This document shows positions 9,891-18,691 of a stretch of 57,098 nt of DNA, piece after piece. The stretch lies in IMG/VR virus record IMGVR_UViG_3300042934_000352, positions 1-57,098 of that record. The stretch is one strand, 5' to 3'. The position numbers were made by a program, and so were the translations under genes. Numbering within the stretch: the stretch's first letter is position 1; every line of letters starts with the position of its first letter. The notes under the pieces are model-generated. The model saw only the letters and a program-made list of their open reading frames with translations, was not told the DNA's origin and did no database searches. The stretch comes from a virus (lineage: Duplodnaviria > Caudoviricetes).

Positions 9891-10091
9891 GTGAAACATA
9901 TGGAGGCAACAACGACAATCATCAACGGAATTGAATATGAGATTACAGAGACAGATACACATCATATTCTCAAATCACTGACTAAATCAAAAAATGGACT
10001 GTTTCGCACACTTAGATTCACCAAGGACACTACTGTACACGAACAGTCCATCAATTTTATATCTGATTTCATTGCGAGAGAAATTTTGTAA
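9891..10091 (+). CDS. small protein, candidate recombination directionality factor
   Basis: 63-66 aa, directly upstream of the serine integrase; function inferred from position only. Confidence 0.45.
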   Translation: MKHMEATTTIINGIEYEITETDTHHILKSLTKSKNGLFRTLRFTKDTTVHEQSINFISDFIAREIL

Positions 10092-10107
10092 TTCTTCTCG
10101 CTTTTTT
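10074..10107 (+). terminator. intrinsic terminator between candidate RDF and integrase
   Basis: GCGAGAG...TTCTCGC stem followed by T6. Confidence 0.55.
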
Positions 10108-10108
10108 G

Positions 10109-10117
10109 TGTTATAAT
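10109..10117 (+). promoter_or_regulatory. extended -10 promoter for integrase
   Basis: TG-T-TATAAT ~40 bp upstream of the integrase ATG. Confidence 0.55.
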
Positions 10118-10156
10118 GTGGTTTATAATTAACTACCCAAAAGGAGTATTACACAC

Positions 10157-11740
10157 ATGAAAAGAGTATGGTGTCTTTACCGTGTTTCAACAAAAGGACA
10201 AGTCAATCCAGATGAAGATATTCCGATGCAAAAAAACGCATGTCATAAATTTATTGAATCTCATCCTGACTGGAAATTGGACAGAGAGTTGTATGAAAAA
10301 GGTGTGTCAGGTTGGAAGAATAAAACGGATGACCGTGATGAATTAGTTAAAATTAAAAAGGCTGCTGAACAGAAACAGTTTGATGTGTTGTTAGTATTTA
10401 TGTTTGATCGACTTGGAAGACGTGAAGATGAGAGTCCGTTGGTTGTTCAATATTTAGTAAGTCATGGTGTAGAAGTTTGGTCTGTGAATGAGGGAGAACG
10501 TAAAATCGAAGGCCATACCGATTTACTTATTAACTATATTACCTTTTGGCAGTCATCAGGCGAGAGTAAGAAAACGTCAATTCGTGTGAAGGAAATACTC
10601 GGACAAATGAATGAGAGGTCAGAGTACACAGGCTCAAATCCACCTTACGGCTATGAAGTTTATGATACTGGAGTTAAGCATTGGAAGTATGATAAGAACG
10701 TGAAGGATTTACGTATCAGTGAAACAGAATCAGAAGTTGTTAAATTAATGTATGATATGTATGTTCAAAAAGGTTTTGGAGTAGGTAGGATTACTAACTA
10801 TCTAAATTCCAACGGATATACCACACGTAAGCAAAATGCTTGGAGAATTAATACAGTGTTCAGCATATTAAAGAATCCGATTTATTATGGACGGAAGCGA
10901 TTCAACACCAAAGACAGCTCTAATCAAGGTAAGAATCTTCCTTCAAGTGAATGGAAGTTGGGCGAATATCGGGATGATTGGAAAATTATTGACGAGGATG
11001 TATTCAATCAAGTTCAAGAAACTATGTTCAATCGAGCAAGTAAGCAGTCTAAAACAGTCAGAAAAGGTAAGTTATTGCTTAATGGATTTGCTAGATGTGG
11101 TTATTGTAGGAATTTGCTAAATAGTGATACAGGTAGCAATTCTTACACGTTGAAAGATGGTACTAAAAAGAAGAGACAATTACACCGTTATAGATGTTTT
11201 ACGCAAAGACAATCAACTATTCCACATGATAGACATACTTTCACGTCACATAAATATGAGGACGAAGTTATTGAAATTATTAAGGATAAACTTAGATCAA
11301 TCAAACTGAATCAAAATTTATTAGAGAAATCAGCCTCATACAAAAAGGAAAATCACAATGTATTGTTGAAGGAAATTAACTCCATCAAGAAAACAATCCA
11401 ATCTAAAACGAACGAGTTGGAAGTATTAAATAATGAAATCGTCAAATCACTCATGGGACAAAGTAAATTTAAGCCGGAACAGTTGAGTGTTGCTATTGAA
11501 AATTTAGAAAGCCAACTCGAACAAATGAATGGTCAATTAACTGAAAAGGAAAAAAATTATCATTCACTTGACAAAGAAGTGGAAAAGGAAATTGACTTTA
11601 TTCAAAATGTGGACAAGTGGATAGAGGATTTAGACAGTGTGGATCATGACAAGAAGAAAGTTATGATTGGGAATTTAGTGAAGGAGATTTACTTTTACAA
11701 AGATAGTGTAGATGTGGAATTAAAGTTGAACCTACTCTGA
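10157..11740 (+). CDS. large serine recombinase (phage integrase)
   Basis: YRVST catalytic Ser, DRLGR, recombinase domain (PPYGY, ILKNPIYYG), Zn ribbon CGYC...YRC, C-terminal coiled coil. Confidence 0.95.
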   Translation: MKRVWCLYRVSTKGQVNPDEDIPMQKNACHKFIESHPDWKLDRELYEKGVSGWKNKTDDRDELVKIKKAAEQKQFDVLLVFMFDRLGRREDESPLVVQYLVSHGVEVWSVNEGERKIEGHTDLLINYITFWQSSGESKKTSIRVKEILGQMNERSEYTGSNPPYGYEVYDTGVKHWKYDKNVKDLRISETESEVVKLMYDMYVQKGFGVGRITNYLNSNGYTTRKQNAWRINTVFSILKNPIYYGRKRFNTKDSSNQGKNLPSSEWKLGEYRDDWKIIDEDVFNQVQETMFNRASKQSKTVRKGKLLLNGFARCGYCRNLLNSDTGSNSYTLKDGTKKKRQLHRYRCFTQRQSTIPHDRHTFTSHKYEDEVIEIIKDKLRSIKLNQNLLEKSASYKKENHNVLLKEINSIKKTIQSKTNELEVLNNEIVKSLMGQSKFKPEQLSVAIENLESQLEQMNGQLTEKEKNYHSLDKEVEKEIDFIQNVDKWIEDLDSVDHDKKKVMIGNLVKEIYFYKDSVDVELKLNLL

Positions 11741-11757
11741 GATATGGGTAGGTTTTT
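11729..11757 (+). terminator. intrinsic terminator at integrase end
   Basis: AACCTAC...GTAGGTT stem followed by T run. Confidence 0.5.
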
Positions 11758-11913
11758 ATGTGTGTTTCTATTCGTCTACCACTTCCCAAAAGAATAGTTA
11801 CACACATAATAATATGAGTGTAGAAACGTTGATAAGACTGATTATAGCATAATTTGGTGTCCCTCAATAGCGGTGGGTGAGTAGGGGATAGGTTGAAAAG
11901 TAGGAGAGAAGGG

Positions 11914-12050
11914 AGGTTGATTTAATCATAATAGGTACACATATATGTATCTAATTTATATTGATAGTGATTAAATCAACCTTTTCGCAAAAAATAGGTA
12001 CACCAGAATGTACCTAATATTGCCCTTCAACCCTACGTACATCAATGTTT
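11914..12050. repeat. inverted/direct repeat cluster, candidate replication origin or protein-binding array
   Basis: 15-bp perfect IR AGGTTGATTTAATCA (11914-11928 / 11968-11982); two copies of TAGGTACA-N6-TGTAYCTA (11932-11953, 11995-12016). Confidence 0.7.
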
Positions 12051-12112
12051 TGCCTCAATTTGCTCTTTTATAATCTATTCTTTTTTCACATTCACACGAA
12101 AAATGACAACAC

Positions 12113-12820
12113 TTAACTAGCTTCATTTATTAATTCCATTATCTCAGACGTAATTCTTTTATCATCTTTCGTTTCAAACTCAGCATCCAAAGGAATATTA
12201 ACTTTACCTTCTTCATTTAACTTTTTAATTTCAGCATGAACAGTTTTAGTAATTTTCAACAATGCCTTCTTTGCTTTATCGTCTATATATTTACCTCTAT
12301 AAAATAAATATGGAGATAAATAAAAAACCTTATTTCTTCTGTCAGTCGGGTGCTGTTCAGAGAGAATAAGGTTTTTCTTTTCCAATTCACGTATTTTCTT
12401 TTTTAAATATGATTCAGGTGATTTATTTTTATACTTTTTAATGGTCATCATATCTGCAATTAATTCTTTTTTAGTCAGATAGTTACCATCTTTTCTTAAA
12501 TAGTTATCTTCCATATTTGTATACTTTGAAGCAAGATATGTAAGAAATCCTAAATCATCAAAGTCAATAATATCTTCATCTATCAAATTAATCGCCTCAT
12601 TATCAAATATTTTTACAAATTTAGTTTTTCCAGCTTTCCACAAAGATTTCTTTGTGTGATTAACAAATATACTAAACGTCATTTCTTCAATTAATTCTTG
12701 TGATATTCCGTAAGCATCTGATAAGTCATTTACTTCACTACCAATTCGCTTTAGAAGAATTTCACGTACTAATAATGCTTCGTTTTGTTTATCGCCAATA
12801 CTTTCAAATTTTAAAGTCAT
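12113..12820 (-). CDS. RepL-like / winged-helix replication or DNA-binding protein
   Basis: C-terminal HTH followed by KVFYLSPYLFYRG, reminiscent of Firmicute RepL-type proteins; adjacent to the repeat cluster. Confidence 0.55.
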   Translation of the reverse strand: MTLKFESIGDKQNEALLVREILLKRIGSEVNDLSDAYGISQELIEEMTFSIFVNHTKKSLWKAGKTKFVKIFDNEAINLIDEDIIDFDDLGFLTYLASKYTNMEDNYLRKDGNYLTKKELIADMMTIKKYKNKSPESYLKKKIRELEKKNLILSEQHPTDRRNKVFYLSPYLFYRGKYIDDKAKKALLKITKTVHAEIKKLNEEGKVNIPLDAEFETKDDKRITSEIMELINEAS

Positions 12821-12869
12821 CTGTATGACCCCTTCCTGTTCACAATAGTTACATATATTTGTATAATTA

Positions 12870-13067
12870 TTATTTAAAGCTGTCTCTTACAGCAGAATAG
12901 TCATCCAAAGCCTTACTGAATTCTTCATTCCGTTCAAACACCCAAAAATATTTTCCTGTTGTATTGTGTTTATCTTTGTAAATGTAATAAAAGCCATTTA
13001 ACTTTAAGAAATGAAAAAGTTTAATTGAATAGCAGTAGTACACATTTTTCTGAACATATGTTGACAT
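12870..13067 (-). CDS. DUF5659-like small protein
   Basis: YCYSIKLFHFLKLNGF...FWVFERNEEF pattern; GAGGAG RBS before ATG 13067. Confidence 0.7.
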   Translation of the reverse strand: MSTYVQKNVYYCYSIKLFHFLKLNGFYYIYKDKHNTTGKYFWVFERNEEFSKALDDYSAVRDSFK

Positions 13068-13369
13068 ATTTAACACTCCTCGTATGAAATTGTTTATAAG
13101 TTTGTTTTCCAAAGAAAACAACAAAGGTCTTTCTTTTGACCTTGTTTTTGCATATTCTGTTATGGGATAGGAAAATATATTTAGTACAACTAGACACCTT
13201 CACACAGCAAAAAGGAGAGGGGAACAAATCCACTCTCCAATTTCCTATGTATTCGACAAATTTTTACACGTTAAAAGTTTGATTTTAATTACTGTTTAAA
13301 GTAATTTAAATTACTATATAGCGTAACTATTATCTATCTCAGACGGATAGATTCCACTGTATATGTACA

Positions 13370-13666
13370 CTACAATTTCTTCCCAACAGTAAAGTATCCA
13401 ATCGAACTTGCAAACTCTTTCCCATCAGGAAATTTTACTGTGGCTTGAAAACTATAACTTGCAATTTCATCAATATCCTCACGATTTAAAGTGAATTCAC
13501 ACAAACCTTTCAATCCATCCTTAATTTGTGCAATTTTATTAATTCGTTTCGCACGTAGTTTGATTAAAACTTCGACTACAGTTCCACGCAGATCAACTAT
13601 TCCTACATCATCGACAATTTGAAGTTCTATCACAGTACCATTGTCACCTATTCTAATATCACTCAT
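13370..13666 (-). CDS. BppU-N-like single-domain structural adaptor
   Basis: GDNGT..ELQI...VDL.G..V...G.CEFTL..ED pattern of the BppU N-terminal domain. Confidence 0.6.
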   Translation of the reverse strand: MSDIRIGDNGTVIELQIVDDVGIVDLRGTVVEVLIKLRAKRINKIAQIKDGLKGLCEFTLNREDIDEIASYSFQATVKFPDGKEFASSIGYFTVGKKL

Positions 13667-13679
13667 TTACTTCACCACC

Positions 13680-14951
13680 TTATATGTGAAGGTTGAATTT
13701 CTTATTCCGTACAATTTCTACATCAAAACTCTGCTTACGTTTAATCTCCAACACATACTTCAACACTTGCTGATACACGAAATAGTCATCTAGCAGTTGT
13801 TGCAAGGTGTCATAATCAACAGTGCCACTTTGATACATCGCTTGCTTCAGTTGATGTTCAACGGATGCTAACTTGTAGATAATTTGTTTTACATCATATT
13901 GTTGAGTAGACTGATTGTATATTTGATTCCTCACACTATAAGACACATTGTTGTTCTGATACATACTCTGTCTTGTGCTGAAAGGGGAGGAAGATACATT
14001 ATAGATAATCTGTTTATTATCAAAACTTTTTACACCAACTGAGTACAACATCAACTTCGTATCAAATGATAACGAGCCAACGAATCCACCATCTATTAAC
14101 TGTTGTAATGTGTCGAATGTTAGGGCGGAGGTAGAGTACATGGATTGCTTAGTTTGATAGTTTACATTTGAGTTGTTGTAGATGATTAGTTTCGAATCAA
14201 AGTTAGATAGGGTAGTGTCGTATAATTCGTTTTTTGTGTCGTAGCTAGTCTGACCCACACCATACACAATAATCTTACTGTCAAATGAGGATTCACTTGT
14301 GCGGTAGATTGATTGTTTTGTGTCAAGTTGACGGTTAGATATAGAGTATAATTGTTGCTTAGAATCGTAGTTACTAGTTGCAGTACGGTAAATGACATTT
14401 TTAGTCGAGTAGGATACTGAGCCTGTTGTACCTGTGTCTCCTCCGCCTGTGCCATCATCTAGCCAAGTTCCACCTGTCAGGGTTGCGTGTTTAGTGTTTC
14501 CGCTTTGATCTTGTACCGTCCCTGTAGCCATATCAATATACGAGACTACTGTTCCATTATTTAGGAATTTAACGTTATAAACGTTCCCTTTTAATTTTGC
14601 AAAACCGCTAGAATTGGAGAAAAGGTTTACATCATCCGTAAAAGCTGTATTCGCAATCAGTTGTAGGGTAGTTTTTTGATTAATTGGAATACCTAAATTG
14701 GCATCACTTGTTTTTCGTACCCCGTCTACATAGGTAAAACCATTTGTACCCAGAAAGGGGGATGAACTTGTAGTCCTAGAGACACCATCGGATTGCAGGT
14801 AAATATAAGCGTTAGCGTTGCCTGTTCTAGCATCAAACAAATATTGTGTACTTGTTGGCTGTGCAAGAAATTCAAAAATTACTTCGTTAAATGTAATGGA
14901 GGGCATTTTTAAAAGGTCGTCTACTCCATCTAAATAGAGGTATTTAACCAT
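13680..14951 (-). CDS. fibre-like virion protein: N-terminal LamG/lectin-like domain plus 14-aa repeats
   Basis: YLYLDGVDD...TVQDQSGN..HATLTGGTW domain; 15 tandem (F/Y)DTKQxIY-x6 repeats. Confidence 0.6.
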   Translation of the reverse strand: MVKYLYLDGVDDLLKMPSITFNEVIFEFLAQPTSTQYLFDARTGNANAYIYLQSDGVSRTTSSSPFLGTNGFTYVDGVRKTSDANLGIPINQKTTLQLIANTAFTDDVNLFSNSSGFAKLKGNVYNVKFLNNGTVVSYIDMATGTVQDQSGNTKHATLTGGTWLDDGTGGGDTGTTGSVSYSTKNVIYRTATSNYDSKQQLYSISNRQLDTKQSIYRTSESSFDSKIIVYGVGQTSYDTKNELYDTTLSNFDSKLIIYNNSNVNYQTKQSMYSTSALTFDTLQQLIDGGFVGSLSFDTKLMLYSVGVKSFDNKQIIYNVSSSPFSTRQSMYQNNNVSYSVRNQIYNQSTQQYDVKQIIYKLASVEHQLKQAMYQSGTVDYDTLQQLLDDYFVYQQVLKYVLEIKRKQSFDVEIVRNKKFNLHI

Positions 14952-14964
14952 GAGTTGCTACCTC

Positions 14965-15270
14965 CTAATCCACCATATATTCTTCTGCAATCACACAAGG
15001 CTTCTTTTCTTTATCGTCATGGGAGCAATCGTGACGGTCAAGTTTTCCCTTATGTTTATCTGCATGACGTTTCATGTCAGACCACAACTTTGATTCATCG
15101 GATTGATTTTCTACCCATACTTCGAAAATGAAGGTAGATTCTCCTGTTTCATCATCCACTACTTCTTGCGTATCAAGTTTCCAAAGTAGGTATTTGTTAA
15201 TGTCAGCTACTACGGCTTCCTTATCTGCTTGCGTTTTGGTTTTGAGATTACCACGAATGGATTTTTTCAT
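14965..15270 (-). CDS. hypothetical protein in fibre module
   Basis: 101-aa ORF with C-terminal HDCSHD...PC. Confidence 0.65.
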   Translation of the reverse strand: MKKSIRGNLKTKTQADKEAVVADINKYLLWKLDTQEVVDDETGESTFIFEVWVENQSDESKLWSDMKRHADKHKGKLDRHDCSHDDKEKKPCVIAEEYMVD

Positions 15271-15276
15271 AATTCA

Positions 15277-15660
15277 TCAGACCGCAAATTCAGTGAAGCT
15301 GACTTTTAGCTTGATATCTGTTTTATTCATAGAGTCTCCAACAGCAGGGGTAGTCACCTTAATCCAAAAAGGTTTTGCAACATTAGAATCAGAAATATTA
15401 GCCATAGATAAAGCTGCTCCACCTGATAAGAAAGTTGATCCATCACTGCTCATTTGTATCCAACTTGCTTCAGATGTAGAAACTAAATCCTCCGGCAAAA
15501 TTTGGATAGATTCATATCTCTTACTTGAAGAATCGTTATACAACCACAATTGGAGAGTCTGACTTCCGCCACTGATACTATGGCTCGTTGTAATTGGATT
15601 AGTTGAGTCTTGAGATACAATGTCAGTTAAACCTACGTTTTTACTAATCTTCAATGCCAT
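15277..15660 (-). CDS. hypothetical beta-rich structural protein
   Basis: 127 aa, AGGAGG RBS, first gene of the fibre module. Confidence 0.65.
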   Translation of the reverse strand: MALKISKNVGLTDIVSQDSTNPITTSHSISGGSQTLQLWLYNDSSSKRYESIQILPEDLVSTSEASWIQMSSDGSTFLSGGAALSMANISDSNVAKPFWIKVTTPAVGDSMNKTDIKLKVSFTEFAV

Positions 15661-15749
15661 TGTTAAATTCCTCCTAAATATTTATTTGCACAAGAAAAAA
15701 GAGAAGTCAGTTAAGACTCCTCTCAAAAAAACAGGGTAACTATTTTGTA

Positions 15750-16679
15750 TTAGTTAATTAATTTTAGATAATCATTCAATATACAATCAATATTATTTTC
15801 ATCCCAATAAGGAATCCTAAGTAGAGGTATATTATTATCTATACAATATTGATTTTTAATCTGATCACGTTTTTGGCCTTCCACAAATCCTTCTTCACCA
15901 CCAAACCAATCAATAGGTCTATAATGTTGCTCACCATCGAATTCAATAAGCAAAGTGACATTATCATCATGGAATAAGGCGAAGTCAAACCTTAGTAGAT
16001 TTATGTAAGAACAATCTGGAAAAGTGTACTCTTTTTTAAAAACTAATTGTTTTTCTGTTAAGTGATTAAATATCTTTCTTTCACCATTGCTCATACTATC
16101 TTTGCAATTAGGGCATCTTGAGTTAGAATACATGAAGTTAATTGGAGCGGATTCAAATACAGTATCGCAATTAGTATGTATAAATTTAAGAAAAGTATAA
16201 TTATTAATATAGGAATCTAAGACTTTATATTCAGCATTGGTAACTTCCTCTACTTTTCTCTTAAACTCATCATCTGTATATCTTTCACGATTTTGACACC
16301 GTGGACATCTTTGACCACGAGCTGTAAATTGAGCAGGGGTCATATTCCATATATAATCACAAACGATGTGTTTAAATTTAACTTGTATTAGTGCGTTTCT
16401 GTAGTCGCTTAATACTTCATATTCATCACCAACTATATCATAAACTTTCTTTTTGAATGATTCAGTATTACACTTGATTCTCCCTGAGCAATTCGGACAT
16501 TTACTTTGACCAGTTAGTAAATTTCTAGGATAAACATCCCATTCATAATCGCATTCATTATGTTTGGTTAATATTTTAGTAGTTGTGTTAACATACTCTC
16601 CAAGAAAAGTGTAGATATTTTCACCGTATATATCTTCAATTTCTTTAACAAACTGCACATGTGTTTTTCTTTTCGACAT
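15750..16679 (-). CDS. free-standing endonuclease (Zn-ribbon repeats + PD-(D/E)xK DUF559/DUF2726-like domain)
   Basis: Three H..C...CP.C repeats; LRFDF...IEFDGEQH...RD..KN.YC...I.LLRIPYW. Confidence 0.82.
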   Translation of the reverse strand: MSKRKTHVQFVKEIEDIYGENIYTFLGEYVNTTTKILTKHNECDYEWDVYPRNLLTGQSKCPNCSGRIKCNTESFKKKVYDIVGDEYEVLSDYRNALIQVKFKHIVCDYIWNMTPAQFTARGQRCPRCQNRERYTDDEFKRKVEEVTNAEYKVLDSYINNYTFLKFIHTNCDTVFESAPINFMYSNSRCPNCKDSMSNGERKIFNHLTEKQLVFKKEYTFPDCSYINLLRFDFALFHDDNVTLLIEFDGEQHYRPIDWFGGEEGFVEGQKRDQIKNQYCIDNNIPLLRIPYWDENNIDCILNDYLKLIN

Positions 16680-16776
16680 ATTCGAATTCCTCCATTTAGA
16701 TAACTAAGATTAGACAAACAAAAAAGAGACCACTAAGTGTGATCCCTTGTCATTGTTCTATTTTTATAAAATTGTT

Positions 16777-16956
16777 TTATTTTGTTAAATTATTTTTGAA
16801 GTGTCTTACTTGTTCTAATAACTCATGCGATTCATTAAAGAAGAAAATATTTCGTGTAACATCTTTATCAGATTTCCCCATACGTTTCAATACGAATCCA
16901 CACTGCATTAGATAACCTGCTAATCTCTGATTAAATATAATATATTCCTTCTTCAT
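16777..16956 (-). CDS. DUF5659-like small protein (59 aa, absent from ORF track)
   Basis: AAGGAGG RBS; MKKEYIIFNQRLAGYLMQCGFVLKRMGKSDKDVTRNIFFFNESHELLEQVRHFKNNLTK. Confidence 0.75.
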   Translation of the reverse strand: MKKEYIIFNQRLAGYLMQCGFVLKRMGKSDKDVTRNIFFFNESHELLEQVRHFKNNLTK

Positions 16957-17041
16957 ATAAATCCTCCTTGTTTAGAAATTCCTTTAAAATTTTACTTTTA
17001 ACGTGAAAATTACACTGTCGTCATCTCGTCCGATGGCGACA

Positions 17042-17845
17042 TTAAGCTACTAAAATAACATCAAAATAGACATCTGCTTCAACCGTTGATAGTTCCGCAA
17101 ATGTACCATCTGACTTTACCAATCGAATATATACAAATGTTTTATCAGCATATCCAGCAGCAGGTCGGTATTTATATGAGTTACCGTAGTATTCTCCACC
17201 ACACACACATATAGGTCGAGTTTCAAATGCGTTAGTAAATGTTATTTTTAATGTATTTGTATCTAATATAGTTATTGTGCCACCATCACTTGCAAACACA
17301 TCGCTCCGAATCATCCAACCTAGAGTTGCATCTTTCTTGACCACAAACTTTTGCAAGTTGATCGGCTTAATAGGAGGTTGTGTATTTTTTGTACTTACTT
17401 TCATGACTGGATTTCTAACCTCATATTCGCCACCATCTGCGGTATAGTAACCAATATTAATTCTTGATGTAGTGTTACCTTTGGGGATATTTCTCTGTAC
17501 TACATGTTTAAATGTGAGAATTTCATATTCTTCATTTGAACTAGTAATCTCAAATAAATTTTGTCCGAATTCTTCGATAGACAAACGGAAGGGTGATCCA
17601 CTGATTAAGCGACATTCTACCTGAATTTCAACGATATCACCTATATATAAATCCCTGTCAAAATAAACTTTAAAACCTCCACCTGTCGCACCAGTCGCTT
17701 TTTTAACTCTGGCCGTTTTTGTTGTTTCGTTAAATGTCCATTGACCATCAACAAGTGTTCCGCTTGACACAAACGTCCCACCATTACTAGCACTTGAGAA
17801 GTCGGTTTGTTCAATTAATGATTTTGCGTATTCATTATAGAGCAT
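17042..17845 (-). CDS. hypothetical beta-rich protein, probably tail/receptor-binding associated
   Basis: 267 aa, co-transcribed with GDPD; jelly-roll-like composition. Confidence 0.5.
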   Translation of the reverse strand: MLYNEYAKSLIEQTDFSSASNGGTFVSSGTLVDGQWTFNETTKTARVKKATGATGGGFKVYFDRDLYIGDIVEIQVECRLISGSPFRLSIEEFGQNLFEITSSNEEYEILTFKHVVQRNIPKGNTTSRINIGYYTADGGEYEVRNPVMKVSTKNTQPPIKPINLQKFVVKKDATLGWMIRSDVFASDGGTITILDTNTLKITFTNAFETRPICVCGGEYYGNSYKYRPAAGYADKTFVYIRLVKSDGTFAELSTVEADVYFDVILVA

Positions 17846-17860
17846 GATTCCACCACCTTT

Positions 17861-18691
17861 TTATATCAAAATGTCTGTCATGAAAAAATCAACACCGCTT
17901 GTTACACATTTACCATAATCACTGCCGTTATTAATTGTATAAGTCATTACTTTTCGCCCTAGTTCATGCACCTTTTGCATATCTTCAACGGTAACGGCAG
18001 AAATACTCATAACAAACATATAGTCTTTTAAAGGTGTTACATACGCTATATTTTCATCCGTAGGATTTGCAAGAACTCCTATTGTTACTTCTTTATTTAC
18101 TTCTCTAATCGTGAATAAATTTCCACCACTTGCCTGTAAAATGATTTTATCTATCATGTTGTATTTATTAATGATTGCAAACAGACTTTCTAATTGTTGA
18201 GAAGTAACGGTATGCTTCAACTCTACAATTGCAACCATTTCCCACTTTTTACAAATTTGTAAGTATTGTTCAAAAGTTGGGATTTTTAAGTTGTTATATA
18301 AGGCAATATTACTGCCTGCATCAATGGTCAATGCTTTTAATTGGCTGAGTGTCATAGATGATACACTTCCAGTACCATTCGTCATTCGATCTACTGTAGG
18401 GTCATGAAAAGTTACCCATTGACCGTCTGAAGTAAGGTGTATGTCTGTTTCGCACCCCCACATACCGTATCTTCCTGCTGCTTCAAAAGAAGGTAAAGTG
18501 TTTTCTGGTGCTAGTTTACTTAACCCTCTATGCCCCACCCTTTTTATTTCCTTATATGAGAATTTACTCATAATATTTTGCTGAACATTCTCCGCCAATG
18601 ACGACTCAATACCATCAATTTTATCTATCCTATTTTTCACTTCGTCTTCTAACATTACCTTGGAAATTTTATTTAATGACAAAATTTTCAC
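17861..18691 (-). CDS. glycerophosphodiester phosphodiesterase (probable teichoic-acid hydrolase)
   Basis: GHRG...APENT...CETDI.LTSDG..V.FHD..VDRMTNGTG; VELK; YTIN; GVD..MTD. Confidence 0.88.
   Translation of the reverse strand: MKILSLNKISKVMLEDEVKNRIDKIDGIESSLAENVQQNIMSKFSYKEIKRVGHRGLSKLAPENTLPSFEAAGRYGMWGCETDIHLTSDGQWVTFHDPTVDRMTNGTGSVSSMTLSQLKALTIDAGSNIALYNNLKIPTFEQYLQICKKWEMVAIVELKHTVTSQQLESLFAIINKYNMIDKIILQASGGNLFTIREVNKEVTIGVLANPTDENIAYVTPLKDYMFVMSISAVTVEDMQKVHELGRKVMTYTINNGSDYGKCVTSGVDFFMTDILI

Noticed and set aside
11661-11867. 68-aa - strand ORF overlapping the integrase end as an RDF
   Set aside because: No clear RBS; overlaps integrase and terminator antisense; the upstream 9891 gene is a better candidate.
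13052-13064. GAACATATGTTG as a LexA box
   Set aside because: Mismatched and inside a coding start; no adjacent promoter evidence.
13780-14420. CRISPR array or DGR-type repeats
   Set aside because: Repetition is at protein level (14-aa period) with divergent DNA; no repeat-spacer array, no reverse transcriptase and no TR/VR pair seen in the window.
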